64,000 nucleotides of DNA, taken from IMG/VR virus record IMGVR_UViG_3300028590_000001. One strand, written 5' to 3'. Below the pieces are notes generated by a model. The model was not told the origin of the DNA. It searched no databases and saw nothing but the letters and a program-made list of their open reading frames with translations. The position numbers and the translations under genes were made by a program. Source of the stretch: an uncultured virus (IMG/VR IMGVR_UViG_3300028590_000001). Taxonomy: Duplodnaviria; Heunggongvirae; Uroviricota; Caudoviricetes. Each line of letters opens with the position of its first letter. Positions within the stretch are counted from its first letter, which is position 1. Of the stretch, positions 1 to 10,314 are shown in pieces.

Positions 1-1109
1 GCATCCGCGATGCCCGGCAGAACGTACGGCTTCACGCGGATGCCGTGCAGGCTGAACATCGCAGCCCACAGCGTCTCCGCGATGCGCGCCGGTGCGGTCT
101 CCACCCAGCTGCGCGTCACCGGCACGCGGGTCCGCCACATGAACGTCGACGGGTCGCGGGCTGTCACGGTGGTCACGTCGTCGGTGATGGTCACGCCCTG
201 GATGGGCCCCGTCCAGACAGGCTGGTCGTCGTGCCACATCGTCACCCAGTGCACCCAGGGCAACAGCTGCTCGCACAGCTGCGGGTCGCCCTGCGTGGCG
301 ATGCCGAGGTCGCAGATGGAGACCTCCGTGGACTCCCGGCCCCACGTGAACGTATTGAGCATGGTGCAGGGGATGTCGCCCACTATGCGGCCGTCGACGG
401 TATGCACGGACACCGCCACCCGGTCGAACGCGAACACGCTGCGCGGCGCGGTGACTTGCTTGATGAGCAGCATGTCCGCGCTGATGTTCCAGTGCGTGTT
501 GACGCTGGTCTCGATGTCCAGGTGCTGCCCCTGGTACATGTCGACGTCGACATCCCAGTTGATGGCGGTGTCGGAGACCTCGGCCTGCGCGCCCCACGCC
601 ATGTCCGTGTCGACATCCCAGTTGACGGCCGTGTCGGTGGCCGCCACCGTGGTGCCCTGCCCCAACGCCGCCGAGATGCCCCAGTTCGTCACGGAACTGG
701 CGCTGATGTCCTGGTTGGAGGTGGTCTGATTCCACTCGAGGAACGTCACGGCCGCGCCGGGCTGCACGGTGCCCCATGCGCCCGACTGCTGCGAGAAGCC
801 CTGGAGTTCCAGGGTGTCGCCGATGGCCATGGTGATGGCGCTGGCCGTCCCGGTGACACTCTGGTTCACCGCTGCGCCGACCACCGTGGTGCCGTTCTTC
901 ACGACGCGGAACTGCTGCGTACCCAGCGCCGCGCCGAACTGCCCCCGCCACCGGATGTTGCCGGTGCCGGGGGTGTCCATCACCAGCGCATGACTCGTGA
1001 TGACCGTGGCAGGGTAGCCCGCCCGCGCGACGAACCCCTGGACCTTGACCCATGTGCTGGTCGCCCCCAGGGAGAACGTGCCGGACTTGTCCATACCCAT
1101 GGAGGACAT
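1..1109 (-). CDS. Minor tail protein (3' end runs off the window)
   Basis: Open minus frame from ATG 1109 (RBS GAGGAGG) reading MSSMGMDKSGTF...PWVHWVTMWHDDQPVWTGPI... to the edge; lies downstream of tape measure. Absent from the ORF track because its stop is outside the window. Confidence 0.75.
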   Translation of the reverse strand, partial: MSSMGMDKSGTFSLGATSTWVKVQGFVARAGYPATVITSHALVMDTPGTGNIRWRGQFGAALGTQQFRVVKNGTTVVGAAVNQSVTGTASAITMAIGDTLELQGFSQQSGAWGTVQPGAAVTFLEWNQTTSNQDISASSVTNWGISAALGQGTTVAATDTAVNWDVDTDMAWGAQAEVSDTAINWDVDVDMYQGQHLDIETSVNTHWNISADMLLIKQVTAPRSVFAFDRVAVSVHTVDGRIVGDIPCTMLNTFTWGRESTEVSICDLGIATQGDPQLCEQLLPWVHWVTMWHDDQPVWTGPIQGVTITDDVTTVTARDPSTFMWRTRVPVTRSWVETAPARIAETLWAAMFSLHGIRVKPYVLPGIAD

Positions 1110-1138
1110 GGGTCAACCTCCTCTCGTCGATGTGTGGG

Positions 1139-1525
1139 TCAGGCGGCGAGCGGGGTGTGGCTGATGTTGAGCACGGTCAGGGTCAGGGTGTCACCGGCGA
1201 CGACGTTCTTGGAGCTGGCCAGCGCGCCGGACAGCAGGAAGTTACCGCCGGAGCTGGCGTCCTTGATGGAGATGTGGCTGATGGTTTCGGTGGCCGTCAT
1301 CGTCCACGAACCGGACACCGTGTTCAGGGTTACCGCGCCGCCGCTGGCCGCTGTCAGCGTGACCTGGATACGGGTGGTCACCACGCTGGGGTTGGCAGTG
1401 CCGAACGCGCCCGGGTCACCGATGTGCAGCTGCGCCCACAGCGCAGGCACCGCTGGCGGCGCGACATTGCGCAGCCAGTTCAGCATGTTGTTCGCCACGT
1501 TGGTGACGCTGATACCGACAGCCAT
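1139..1525 (-). CDS. Minor tail/virion protein
   Basis: 128 aa with LHIGDPG and ISHISIKDASSGGNFL motifs typical of actinophage tail-tip proteins; in tail operon. Confidence 0.7.
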   Translation of the reverse strand: MAVGISVTNVANNMLNWLRNVAPPAVPALWAQLHIGDPGAFGTANPSVVTTRIQVTLTAASGGAVTLNTVSGSWTMTATETISHISIKDASSGGNFLLSGALASSKNVVAGDTLTLTVLNISHTPLAA

Positions 1526-1684
1526 CTATTCGCCTTCCTCGACGGGGGTCTCTTCGACCGGGGGTTCCTCGGCGGGCGGCGCGTGCGTGATCTCCATGTC
1601 CACTTCCACGTCGAACCCGCTTTCGATGCTTGTCACGCTGCTCTCCTGTGCCTTCTCGAGGGGGTCGAACCAGATGCTCGTCAT
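1526..1684 (-). CDS. Small acidic hypothetical protein
   Basis: MTSIWFDPLEK...EEGE; fills the gap, overlapping the upstream stop and abutting the downstream start. Confidence 0.55.
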   Translation of the reverse strand: MTSIWFDPLEKAQESSVTSIESGFDVEVDMEITHAPPAEEPPVEETPVEEGE

Positions 1685-2937
1685 GCGTCCCTGTCCCTAG
1701 TTTCCACGGCGACCGTGTAATCCGATCCGGGAGCGGCCTCGGCGACCAACTCCCAGCACATCATCGACTCCAGCAACGTCGGGCTCCACGGCCTGCCGGA
1801 AGGCGTCGACACGATGCCCACCTGCCGCAGCGACTGGTTGTCGTACTCCACGTACGGGCGGCCTGTCACGCTGTCGGCCACGATGGTGTAGTCGGTGTCC
1901 AGCCCGCTGATCTGGAGTTCCCCCACCCTGTCGCAGCGGTCGGTACTGCCACACGGCTGCCAGTACATGATCACCGTCAGCGGGTCCGGCCCGTTGTTGG
2001 TCACCCGGGTGGTGATCACGGTGTCGTCGCAGGCACCGATCTGCGTGGGCAGCTGCCACGTGCGCCGCTCGATCGAGCAGACAGGCAGGCAGCCACCACA
2101 GCTGGGAATGGTGGCTACGGCGATGTCGACCACCGGCGGGATGCAGTCGGCGTTGTAGACGGTCGGCAGTTCGCAGGACGTACTGTCCTCACAGTTGGGC
2201 GCGTGCGCCCACGTGATCGACTCCTCCACCGTGGTGTCCCAGTTGATGACGGTCGCCACCGCGCTGCCGTAGGCGTACGGGTTGGTGGCGATCATCTCCC
2301 ACTCCACCCGGAACACCGACGCCTGCCGGTGCCGGTTGCCTCGGCCGTGCCCGGCCGTGTCCACCACGGTGGGGGACTTCGACAGGACCATGCCGTACAT
2401 GTTCCGGCGCAGGGTCAGCGGGTCGGCCGCCGTGTCCTCGGGGTGGGCGCGGTAGTACTGGAGGTCCACGCCGCCGCGCGCGTTGGCCTGCCGCAGGATG
2501 CAGTTCAGCCAGTCCATGCCGTACCGCGCGCCCGCATTGGTGCAGGCCACCACCAGCGCGCTGAACGTGACCACACGGGAGCTGTCTCGAGGGCGGCTGG
2601 CCACGCCGCCCACACAGATGGATTCCTGCACCTCACGCTCCAGCGGAACGCTGTCCATGCCGCCGACATCCATCACCCACACCCCGGCGAACTCCGCGCT
2701 CTCCGGCCGCGCTGGCGTGTACCACGGAGCGTTCGTGATGGCGTACGGTTCGTCGCCCACGGCTTCCCGCAGCCCTGTCCAGGTGTCGTCGTAGGGCACG
2801 GTGATCTCGCAGGCGCACTCCATCATCGGGGCGACCTGGTCGTCACGGACCGGCGTGCTGGGCACCATGTGCGCCAGCAGCCGGGAGCTGTTGGCCATCT
2901 CCTGACCGTTGAGAAGGAACCAACCACGGAACGGCAT
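1681..2937 (-). CDS. Minor tail protein (distal-tail position)
   Basis: 418 aa immediately after tape measure; RBS GGAGGA. Confidence 0.75.
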   Translation of the reverse strand: MPFRGWFLLNGQEMANSSRLLAHMVPSTPVRDDQVAPMMECACEITVPYDDTWTGLREAVGDEPYAITNAPWYTPARPESAEFAGVWVMDVGGMDSVPLEREVQESICVGGVASRPRDSSRVVTFSALVVACTNAGARYGMDWLNCILRQANARGGVDLQYYRAHPEDTAADPLTLRRNMYGMVLSKSPTVVDTAGHGRGNRHRQASVFRVEWEMIATNPYAYGSAVATVINWDTTVEESITWAHAPNCEDSTSCELPTVYNADCIPPVVDIAVATIPSCGGCLPVCSIERRTWQLPTQIGACDDTVITTRVTNNGPDPLTVIMYWQPCGSTDRCDRVGELQISGLDTDYTIVADSVTGRPYVEYDNQSLRQVGIVSTPSGRPWSPTLLESMMCWELVAEAAPGSDYTVAVETRDRDA

Positions 2938-2946
2938 CGAATCCTC

Positions 2947-5900
2947 CTAGGTATTCAGCAGCTTGAGAAGGGTGTCGTGGGTCTGCACTGCCGGTTCGCG
3001 GCCGTGAATGTTCATCGACGCTACGTTGATCTGGCGCATGACTCCGGCCTCGCCACGGTCCAGCACTTCCACCAGCCGCTCGAAGCTGGACGTCTGGCGC
3101 GGCGACAGCACGCGCTCCGGCGCGATCACGTTCTTCGGCATGTAGCCGGTGCCCTGCGCCACGCCGCCGCTGTCGAACTCGCCGCCCTGGAAGGCGTCGA
3201 TCGCGGCACCCGCACCCAGACCCACCGCCGCGATGGCCGCAGCCGCAGCGGCGGACAGCGCCAGGCCGACCATCGCACCCAGCGCAGCGCCGATGGCCGC
3301 GCCGATAGGACCACCGATCAGCGTGCCGATGGCCGCACCGATGGCCGTCACCGCCACGGTGATCAGCGCGGTCACGATGGCGATCATGATGGGGATCACC
3401 ACGTTGGTCATCAGGTAGCGCAGGATGCTGGCGATCAGCGCCCGGTTGATGCGGTTCTGCTCTGCCACAACCAGTTCCATGGAACTGGCGGTGCGTTCCA
3501 CCAGCGCGGCGGTGTCGCTGATCAACTGGCCGTTCTCATCGAACGCCTGGAACTCGTCGCCACGGAAGGCGCGCATGTCCTCGGCCAGCGATTCGATCAG
3601 GTCCCGAACCTCGATCTCCACGCCGGTCAGCCGGATGATCATGTCGATCAGGGGACCGCCGCTGAACTCCTCGCTGCCCAGCAGGCCACGCGACCGGCCC
3701 GCCGCCCGGCTGGGGCGCTGCTCGAGCGCGGCGTTGGCGATGTCCTGCCCGACCTGGAGCAGTGCCGCGCTGGCGGTGTCGGCCACCTGCACCACAGCAG
3801 CAGACAGTTCCGCCGCCAGATCGAACGACGATCCGGGCGAGCCGAACGCCGCCGTGGAGCTGTCGCCCACGTCGATGTTGTTGACGGCGTCCGTGGTGTC
3901 CTGTTGGGCGGCGGTGATCTCTTCGGTGCTGGCACCGATCGCATCTTCGATGATGCCGAGAGCCGCCTGCATGGCGGACTCCACCACCGGCCCCAGCACG
4001 CCGGAGGTCAGCCGGTTGGCGACCTCCGCAATCTGCGCCTGCATCGCCTCGAACTCGGCGACCAGCACCTTCTCCGTGCTGGACTCCGTGCGCAGGGCAA
4101 GGTCTCGTGTCTCCGAGATCAGCTTGCCGGTCTCATCGAACTGTTCCTGGTTCTGCTTCTCCAGGAAGGTGGTGTCCAGCGGCTGCGTGGTGTCGCTGGG
4201 GTTCTTGCTGACGGCGGGCACCAGTGCGTCGATGACGTCGTTGACGACGTTGCCCACACTGGCACCGATGGCGTCCACGATGGTGGACGTAGCCGTACCG
4301 GTGCCGTTGGCGATGCCTTCCAGCGCGGCGACCAGCGCCTCGAACAGCCGGGTCTGTTCCGGGCTCAGAACGCGCTCCGGCTCGATGACGTTCTTCGCCA
4401 TGATGCCGGTGCCGTTGGCGATACCGCCCGTGTCGAACGGGTTGATCGCGTCCAGGATGTTGCCGCCCAGGTCTTGCGCCTTCTGCCAGGCACCGCCCAG
4501 CAAGCCGCCCAGGTTGCCGACAGCCGCGCTGGCGAAGTCGATGACGGCCTTCTCGGTAGCCGTCAGGGCCGCGCCCGGGATCGCCTTCACCGCCGGAGGC
4601 GGCGTGGGCAGCGCGTCCCGTATCGGGTCGGTGACGACCTTCACCATCTTGGAGATGGTGTCCCGCAGGAAGCTGGACTGCTCCTCCGTGGACGGGCCGA
4701 CAGAGAAGCCCCCGCCCTCGGACGGCTGGAAGAAGCCGTTCGCGCCGATCGGCAAGCCGTACAGCGACGCGAACGAACCCACCGGCGTACCGCGCCCGTA
4801 GTGCACGTCGCCGATGGCACCGCCGGACTCCACCCGTGCATCCGGGTAGCCCAGCTCGGGGATGCCGCGCAGCTCGCCAGCGGTGTGGCCACCGCCCGGC
4901 CCGCCTGGGTCGTCGGTGATGCCGACCAGCATGCCGACGCCCTCGGTCAGGTTCTTGACCAGACCCTGCGCGCCGACCTGCGGGTAGCCCGCGAACGTGG
5001 ACGTGGCCCAGTACCGCTGCCACGGGTTGCCACCCAGGATGGCCGCGATGATGCTGCCCATGAAGCCGGAGCAGTCGAACGACGACCCGATGCCCGTGGG
5101 ACCGGCCCACTGGTACGGCTTGCCGTTCTGCGCACGCGCGAAGTCGTGGCCCGCCGCCAACTGGTGCATCCACGGCATGACCGGGCCGCCGGTGGCGTAG
5201 CCAGGGATGGCCCCCGCCCGGTACAGCGGGTCGAACAGCCCTTCCGGGTTGACGTTGCCGATGCCCTTGGTGCTCACGGCCGCGCCGTAGCGGCTGAGGT
5301 TGTCACGGCCCAGGTCCGTGATGACCCGGCCGTTGTCCCAGGTGAACGGCACGCCGCGCGCGATCATGTCGCGGATGGCGAACAGGATGTTGTGGCCGCC
5401 CGCCGCCATCACTTCGGCAGCGGTGACCACGTGTTCGTCGTTGGACAACCAGGTGAGAATGTCGTCCTTGGTGCCGTTGCCGGAGCCGCCACTGCCGAAG
5501 TAGTTGATCGGACCACCGGTGGCCCTCTCGGGAATCTTGGCGATGGGCTGCGCGTCCGGCAGGACGCCACCGAGCAGACCGTCGATGCTGCCCCACGCCT
5601 TCAACAGACCGTTGTTCCACACGGTCTCGATGAAGAAGTTGATCGGCTCCGCGCTGCTGGCCTTGAGTTCTGCCCATTTGCGGCTGATCGCGTCGACCGC
5701 GCCGTTGAACCAGTTCTGGACCCAGGTCAGGCCCTCACCGATCTTGGGGAACACGGTGTCGGTCAGCCAGTTCACGACATCGGCGACCTGCTGGAACTTC
5801 TCTGTCCACTGCCGGGCCAGTTCCTGGATGGCCGGGATGACGTAGGGGATGATCACGTTCTGGACGAGCCAGGTGAACGCGTCGATGACCTTCACCAATA

Positions 5901-8508
5901 CCGGGATCAGGTCCGTCATCACCTGGATCAGCGGAGGAATCAGGTCCGCTGCCATGCGGACCAGTTCCGGCATGATCGGGAGGATCGCCAGCAGCAGGTC
6001 AGAGAACGACCGGATCAGTTCGGGCAGCAGCGGGGCCAACTGGTTGATGGCGTCGACCAAGGACTGCGCGATGATCCCGGCGACCTCTGCCAGGATCGGC
6101 GCAACTTGCGCGATCACCGGCTTCATCTCGTCGGCGAACATCTTGATCACCGGCGTCAGCGCCAGCGCCAGTTGCGACAGGGCCGGGGCCAGCGCCGTGA
6201 TCACCGCCGCCAGCGACTCGCCGATCATGGGGACCAGTGGTGCGACGGCGGCCAAGATGTCGGAGAACGCCGTGGCCAGCGGAACGAGAGCGGGTTGCAG
6301 CGCCTGGATGGTGTTGATCAGCGTCTCACCGATGGTGACGGTGATCTGCGCGAACACCGGCACCAACGGTGCCAGGGCCGTGGCCAGCGTCTGGATCAGC
6401 TGGACAAGCACCGGAAGCACCGGCTGGAGGCCGTCCGCCAGCGCGGTGATCAGCTTGCCCAGCGACGGCAGGATAGCCGTCAGCGAGTTGGTGAACACCG
6501 CTCCCAGCTCGCCCAACGACGGCGCGATGTCCGCGAGAACCTGTCCCAACGTCTCGAACAGCGGTGCGATGGCGGGCAGTACCTGCCGCCCCATTTCGAT
6601 GAACGCCGTCAGTACGCCGTCCAGCAGCGGGCCCAGTGAGGCCAGCGCCTGATTCGCGCCCACGAACAGTTCGTCCAGCGCGCCGGACTCCGCAGCCCGC
6701 GTGAAGGCGCGGCCGATGCCCTCGCCGATGGCCGCGATGCTCCGGCCCATCTGCTCCATGTGCGGCTGCGCCGTGGACACGAAGTCCACGAAGCCGGTCG
6801 TCAGTTCGCCGGTGCCCTGCCGCAGCCCCGCCAAGAGGTCTCGGCCACTGGCGAAGCTGGCGTTCAGCAGCTCCATGCCCTCGGCCGACCGGAAGAACTG
6901 GAGCGCGCCGATGGCCATGTTGTTCAGCTCGGCGGCGACGCCGCTCATGCCGTCCCGCAGCAACGGCATCGTGGCGTTGGCGGTCTCGGTCAGCTCTGCG
7001 CCCAGGTCGTCGAACAGCGACTCCTGGACGGCCTTGCGCACCTCCGACCACGCCGGTCCCAGGGCCTTCGCCGCGAGCACGAACTCCTGTGCGCTCGGTG
7101 ACAGCTTGGCCATCGCCTGTTGGAACTTTTCCACAGCGGGCGAGGTCTGGCTCTGGGCCTTCGCCAGAGCCTGCGTCGCCTGCGCCACCTGTCGCGCGGC
7201 CTGCTCCACGCCGCGTTCGGCAGCGGCCACTTGCTTGTCGGCCTGCGCTTGCCGCTTCTTGGCCGCGACGACCTCGTCGGCCTGGTCGATGCCCTTGGCC
7301 TGCGCGTCGGCGGCCTCGGCCTGGAGGTCCGCGTTGGCTTCCTGCGCCTTCTGGAGATTGATCTCCGCGCGCTCCACCCGCAACAGCGCACGGGCGCGGT
7401 CGCTGGGGTCGGCCTTCGCCAGCGCCTTGCGGGCCTCCTCCAGGTTCAGCTTGGCTTCACGCTCGTTGAGGCTGGATTCCTTGAGCGACAGGTTGTAGTC
7501 GTCCAGCCGTTCCTGTGCGGTCTGGTAGGCGTCGGCTACGTCCTTGGCCGCATCGGCGGCGGCTTCCTGCGCATCCGCCAGGCTGATCGACGCCGACTCG
7601 GCTCCGTCGTACGCGCTGGCCAGTGCGTTCTGTGCGCTGGCCACGGCTTCGGCCTGCGAGGTGGCATCGCTGGCGGCGCTCTCCGTCACCGCCTTCATGG
7701 AGGAGAACGCGTCCTTGATGCCGGACAGGCCGACCGCCGCACTGGCACCGATAGCCGCAGCGGCGGGGCCCAGCGCCAGCAGAGCCGTCGCCAGACCGCC
7801 GACCGCGCCGACCGCCGCGCCCGCCGCCCCACCGATGGCGGCGAGCGCCGCCGTCACTGCGGCGATGCCCCCCGCCGCCGCTGCCAGGCCGCCCAGTGCG
7901 GACCCCAGCCGGGACACCGCGCTGACGGCAGAGCCGTCGCGGTCTACGTCGACTTCCTGCTCCAGCGGCGGCTGGAGCATCCCTGCCAGCTGCGCGCGCA
8001 AGGCCGCCATCGCGGCGATGGCACCGGCCGAGTCGATCCCGACCGGGATGTCCAGCCGCCAGTCGAACAGCGCTTGCATGGACGCAAGCGCACCGTTGAC
8101 CTGCTGGGGGAAACCGGTGAAGTCCGGCCGGGCCTCGATATCGACCGTGAGCCCGGAGAGCTGGCCGACCGCTACCTGCGCGCCGATCAGTGCGGCGCTG
8201 GTGTCGATATCGAGATCGGCGGTGACGGTGAGATCGGCGGCGTTCAGCCGCCCCTGCGTCACCGCGAGGGCCGTGTCGGTGTCGATGTCCAGACCGGCCC
8301 GCGCGGTGAGCGTCGTGCGCTGGAGTTCCCGCTGCGCCTGCGCGATGGCGGCGGCGGTGTCAATCTTGAGATTGACCTTCAAGGGGTTGCGGTTCAGGTA
8401 CTGCTGAACCGCAGTGGCGGCGGTGGTGACCGCCGCGCGCAGTTCCGTGGACACCCGCGAGGCATCGACGGAAGCGCCGAAGTTGATCTGTCCTACGGAG
8501 GTGGTCAC
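2947..8508 (-). CDS. Tape measure protein with embedded NlpC/P60-like motif
   Basis: 1853 aa, Ala/Leu-rich helical repeats and coiled coil; GKPYQWAG..FDCSG..GHT motif; position in tail operon. Confidence 0.95.
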   Translation of the reverse strand: MTTSVGQINFGASVDASRVSTELRAAVTTAATAVQQYLNRNPLKVNLKIDTAAAIAQAQRELQRTTLTARAGLDIDTDTALAVTQGRLNAADLTVTADLDIDTSAALIGAQVAVGQLSGLTVDIEARPDFTGFPQQVNGALASMQALFDWRLDIPVGIDSAGAIAAMAALRAQLAGMLQPPLEQEVDVDRDGSAVSAVSRLGSALGGLAAAAGGIAAVTAALAAIGGAAGAAVGAVGGLATALLALGPAAAAIGASAAVGLSGIKDAFSSMKAVTESAASDATSQAEAVASAQNALASAYDGAESASISLADAQEAAADAAKDVADAYQTAQERLDDYNLSLKESSLNEREAKLNLEEARKALAKADPSDRARALLRVERAEINLQKAQEANADLQAEAADAQAKGIDQADEVVAAKKRQAQADKQVAAAERGVEQAARQVAQATQALAKAQSQTSPAVEKFQQAMAKLSPSAQEFVLAAKALGPAWSEVRKAVQESLFDDLGAELTETANATMPLLRDGMSGVAAELNNMAIGALQFFRSAEGMELLNASFASGRDLLAGLRQGTGELTTGFVDFVSTAQPHMEQMGRSIAAIGEGIGRAFTRAAESGALDELFVGANQALASLGPLLDGVLTAFIEMGRQVLPAIAPLFETLGQVLADIAPSLGELGAVFTNSLTAILPSLGKLITALADGLQPVLPVLVQLIQTLATALAPLVPVFAQITVTIGETLINTIQALQPALVPLATAFSDILAAVAPLVPMIGESLAAVITALAPALSQLALALTPVIKMFADEMKPVIAQVAPILAEVAGIIAQSLVDAINQLAPLLPELIRSFSDLLLAILPIMPELVRMAADLIPPLIQVMTDLIPVLVKVIDAFTWLVQNVIIPYVIPAIQELARQWTEKFQQVADVVNWLTDTVFPKIGEGLTWVQNWFNGAVDAISRKWAELKASSAEPINFFIETVWNNGLLKAWGSIDGLLGGVLPDAQPIAKIPERATGGPINYFGSGGSGNGTKDDILTWLSNDEHVVTAAEVMAAGGHNILFAIRDMIARGVPFTWDNGRVITDLGRDNLSRYGAAVSTKGIGNVNPEGLFDPLYRAGAIPGYATGGPVMPWMHQLAAGHDFARAQNGKPYQWAGPTGIGSSFDCSGFMGSIIAAILGGNPWQRYWATSTFAGYPQVGAQGLVKNLTEGVGMLVGITDDPGGPGGGHTAGELRGIPELGYPDARVESGGAIGDVHYGRGTPVGSFASLYGLPIGANGFFQPSEGGGFSVGPSTEEQSSFLRDTISKMVKVVTDPIRDALPTPPPAVKAIPGAALTATEKAVIDFASAAVGNLGGLLGGAWQKAQDLGGNILDAINPFDTGGIANGTGIMAKNVIEPERVLSPEQTRLFEALVAALEGIANGTGTATSTIVDAIGASVGNVVNDVIDALVPAVSKNPSDTTQPLDTTFLEKQNQEQFDETGKLISETRDLALRTESSTEKVLVAEFEAMQAQIAEVANRLTSGVLGPVVESAMQAALGIIEDAIGASTEEITAAQQDTTDAVNNIDVGDSSTAAFGSPGSSFDLAAELSAAVVQVADTASAALLQVGQDIANAALEQRPSRAAGRSRGLLGSEEFSGGPLIDMIIRLTGVEIEVRDLIESLAEDMRAFRGDEFQAFDENGQLISDTAALVERTASSMELVVAEQNRINRALIASILRYLMTNVVIPIMIAIVTALITVAVTAIGAAIGTLIGGPIGAAIGAALGAMVGLALSAAAAAAIAAVGLGAGAAIDAFQGGEFDSGGVAQGTGYMPKNVIAPERVLSPRQTSSFERLVEVLDRGEAGVMRQINVASMNIHGREPAVQTHDTLLKLLNT

Positions 8509-8537
8509 CCCGTCAGACTATCGACGGGGCGCGCAGG

Positions 8538-8993
8538 TCATCCCTGTGTCGGAACCTCGTTGGTCAGGGCAGAGATCACGTCCTGCATGTCCACGCCGCT
8601 GTCCGGGTCGGCCATCAGACCCAGCACCAGGTCCAGGGAGTTCGGGCTGATGTGCTTCACCATGAAGGTGGTGAACACCCGCATCTGCGTGGCACTCTCC
8701 ATGCCTGACGAGCCCGTCATGGAAATGGCCACCAGCGCAGCCGGGGACGGCCGACGAACCTCGATGCGGTGGCCGCCCAGCACGCCGAACTCATGGGGCC
8801 ACGGCGCGGGCTCGGAATCGTCCGTGTCCATCTTCTCGCCCTCCAGCTCGTCCGGCGGGAAGATGACAGCCTCCAGTTTGGCGTTGGCCCGGCGCTGGCG
8901 CTCGGCGCGGATCAGCGCGCGTTCCGCTTCGATCTCGTCCATGCTCATTTCGTCGACCGGCTTCATGGGGTACTCCTCTTCGTGGTATGGCAC
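8538..8993 (-). CDS. Tail assembly chaperone-like protein
   Basis: Directly upstream of tape measure; resembles 62928-63398. Confidence 0.6.
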   Translation of the reverse strand: MPYHEEEYPMKPVDEMSMDEIEAERALIRAERQRRANAKLEAVIFPPDELEGEKMDTDDSEPAPWPHEFGVLGGHRIEVRRPSPAALVAISMTGSSGMESATQMRVFTTFMVKHISPNSLDLVLGLMADPDSGVDMQDVISALTNEVPTQG

Positions 8994-9002
8994 GCGGTCA
9001 GT

Positions 9003-9422
9003 CTACTGTCCGCCCAGCCGAATGCGTGGGTCTGCGCTCGCCACCCGGTGGACGGCATTTCGAAGGAACGGATTCGGCCGGTTGCCGGGGTGGTTCACCT
9101 TAGCCGCGAACACCGTCCGGCCGTCCATTTCGAACCGCAGCGCACGGGCGAACCGGGGGCGGATAACGTGCGGGCGCGCACCCTCGTGCACCGGCGCGGC
9201 GTACGGCACCTTCACGGTGACGCCGCTGTCCACCTGGAACGGACCGACCCGGCGTACCGGGTCTCCCTCGATGGAGCGCATCAGCCGCCCGGTGCGCTGC
9301 GGTGCCAGGCCGCGCGCAGTGGTGACCACCTGCCGGATGAACGCCGACATGAACACTTCCAGTCGTTGACCGACCACCGCCGCCAGTGCCGCTTGGTCGA
9401 TCTCGACATCGAAATCAGCCAT
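9003..9422 (-). CDS. HK97 gp10-like neck/tail-completion protein
   Basis: APQRTGRLMRSI, YAAPVHEG and HPGNRPNPFLRNA motifs. Confidence 0.8.
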   Translation of the reverse strand: MADFDVEIDQAALAAVVGQRLEVFMSAFIRQVVTTARGLAPQRTGRLMRSIEGDPVRRVGPFQVDSGVTVKVPYAAPVHEGARPHVIRPRFARALRFEMDGRTVFAAKVNHPGNRPNPFLRNAVHRVASADPRIRLGGQ

Positions 9423-9759
9423 CGGCGGGTTCGTTCGTCAGGATGATGTCCGGCTGATCGTTGGTCACCGTAACGCTGGTGGGGGCCAGGCCGCCTTCAT
9501 CGAACGGCAGCGGTTCCTCGGGCGCAGGTGTCGCCTTCTTGGCACGGGGCTTGCGGATGCGCTTCTCGGCCTTCGCCGCTGCCAGCGCGGGCGCGGTGAC
9601 GGATTCCACCTCGGTCACGGCGTCGGGGGTCTCCACCACGTTGACGTATCCACGCCGGATCAGTTTGTCGATGAACGGCGTCCGCTCCACCGTCATGCGC
9701 TTGCCGCGCGCCAGGAACGTGCTCGGGGTGATGCTGCCTTCCAGGGTCACTCGGGCCAT
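9415..9759 (-). CDS. Hypothetical virion-operon protein
   Basis: 114 aa, RBS GGAGAG, overlaps next gene. Confidence 0.6.
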   Translation of the reverse strand: MARVTLEGSITPSTFLARGKRMTVERTPFIDKLIRRGYVNVVETPDAVTEVESVTAPALAAAKAEKRIRKPRAKKATPAPEEPLPFDEGGLAPTSVTVTNDQPDIILTNEPADG

Positions 9760-9768
9760 GGTGCTCTC

Positions 9769-10311
9769 CTAGGTATCGGAATCGACTCGGGCGTAGAACA
9801 TGGACAACCACGCCATCACGCCGCCCTGCGGTCCGAACGGCGTGATGGCGTCGAACGCTACCGCGTCGCTACATTCGGACGCCTTCATCAACGTACGGGC
9901 GCGGCACAGCGCGATCTCGATGCGGCGGCTGTCGTCCATGCTGATCTCGGCTTCGGACTCGTAGGCCGTCCAGTCGCACTCGGGGTTCACCAGCGCCGCG
10001 CAGCGGGCTATCCCGATCTCCACGGCTACGACGTGCGGCTGGTCGCAGGGAGCCTCGCCCACCCAGGGCGTCGGAAAGTCCTTGCTGCGGTAGCGGCGCG
10101 CAAGCCGTACCCAGACCATCGGTGCGGTGCACCCACAGTCCGGGTCGTTGACGTGGAAGTCGAACGCCTCGATAGGCGGGGCTTCCCCGGCGAAGAACCG
10201 CACCTTGTCCGTACCGCCTCCGAGCGGCGGGTAGCTGGAGTTCGGCGTGAAGGCTTCACGCATGGCCTGCATGGCTGCGTTCACGATGCACTCGGCTCCG
10301 TCAGGCAGCAC
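9769..10311 (-). CDS. Head-tail connector/tail terminator-like protein
   Basis: 180 aa between adaptor and gp10-like gene; call by position. Confidence 0.55.
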   Translation of the reverse strand: MLPDGAECIVNAAMQAMREAFTPNSSYPPLGGGTDKVRFFAGEAPPIEAFDFHVNDPDCGCTAPMVWVRLARRYRSKDFPTPWVGEAPCDQPHVVAVEIGIARCAALVNPECDWTAYESEAEISMDDSRRIEIALCRARTLMKASECSDAVAFDAITPFGPQGGVMAWLSMFYARVDSDT

Positions 10312-10314
10312 GGG

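Noticed and set aside
1630..9369. Very long plus-strand ORFs (1669 aa, 749 aa) and similar antisense ORFs elsewhere
   Set aside because: Shadow frames opposite real genes in high-GC DNA; Arg/Gly/His-rich with no recognisable motifs.
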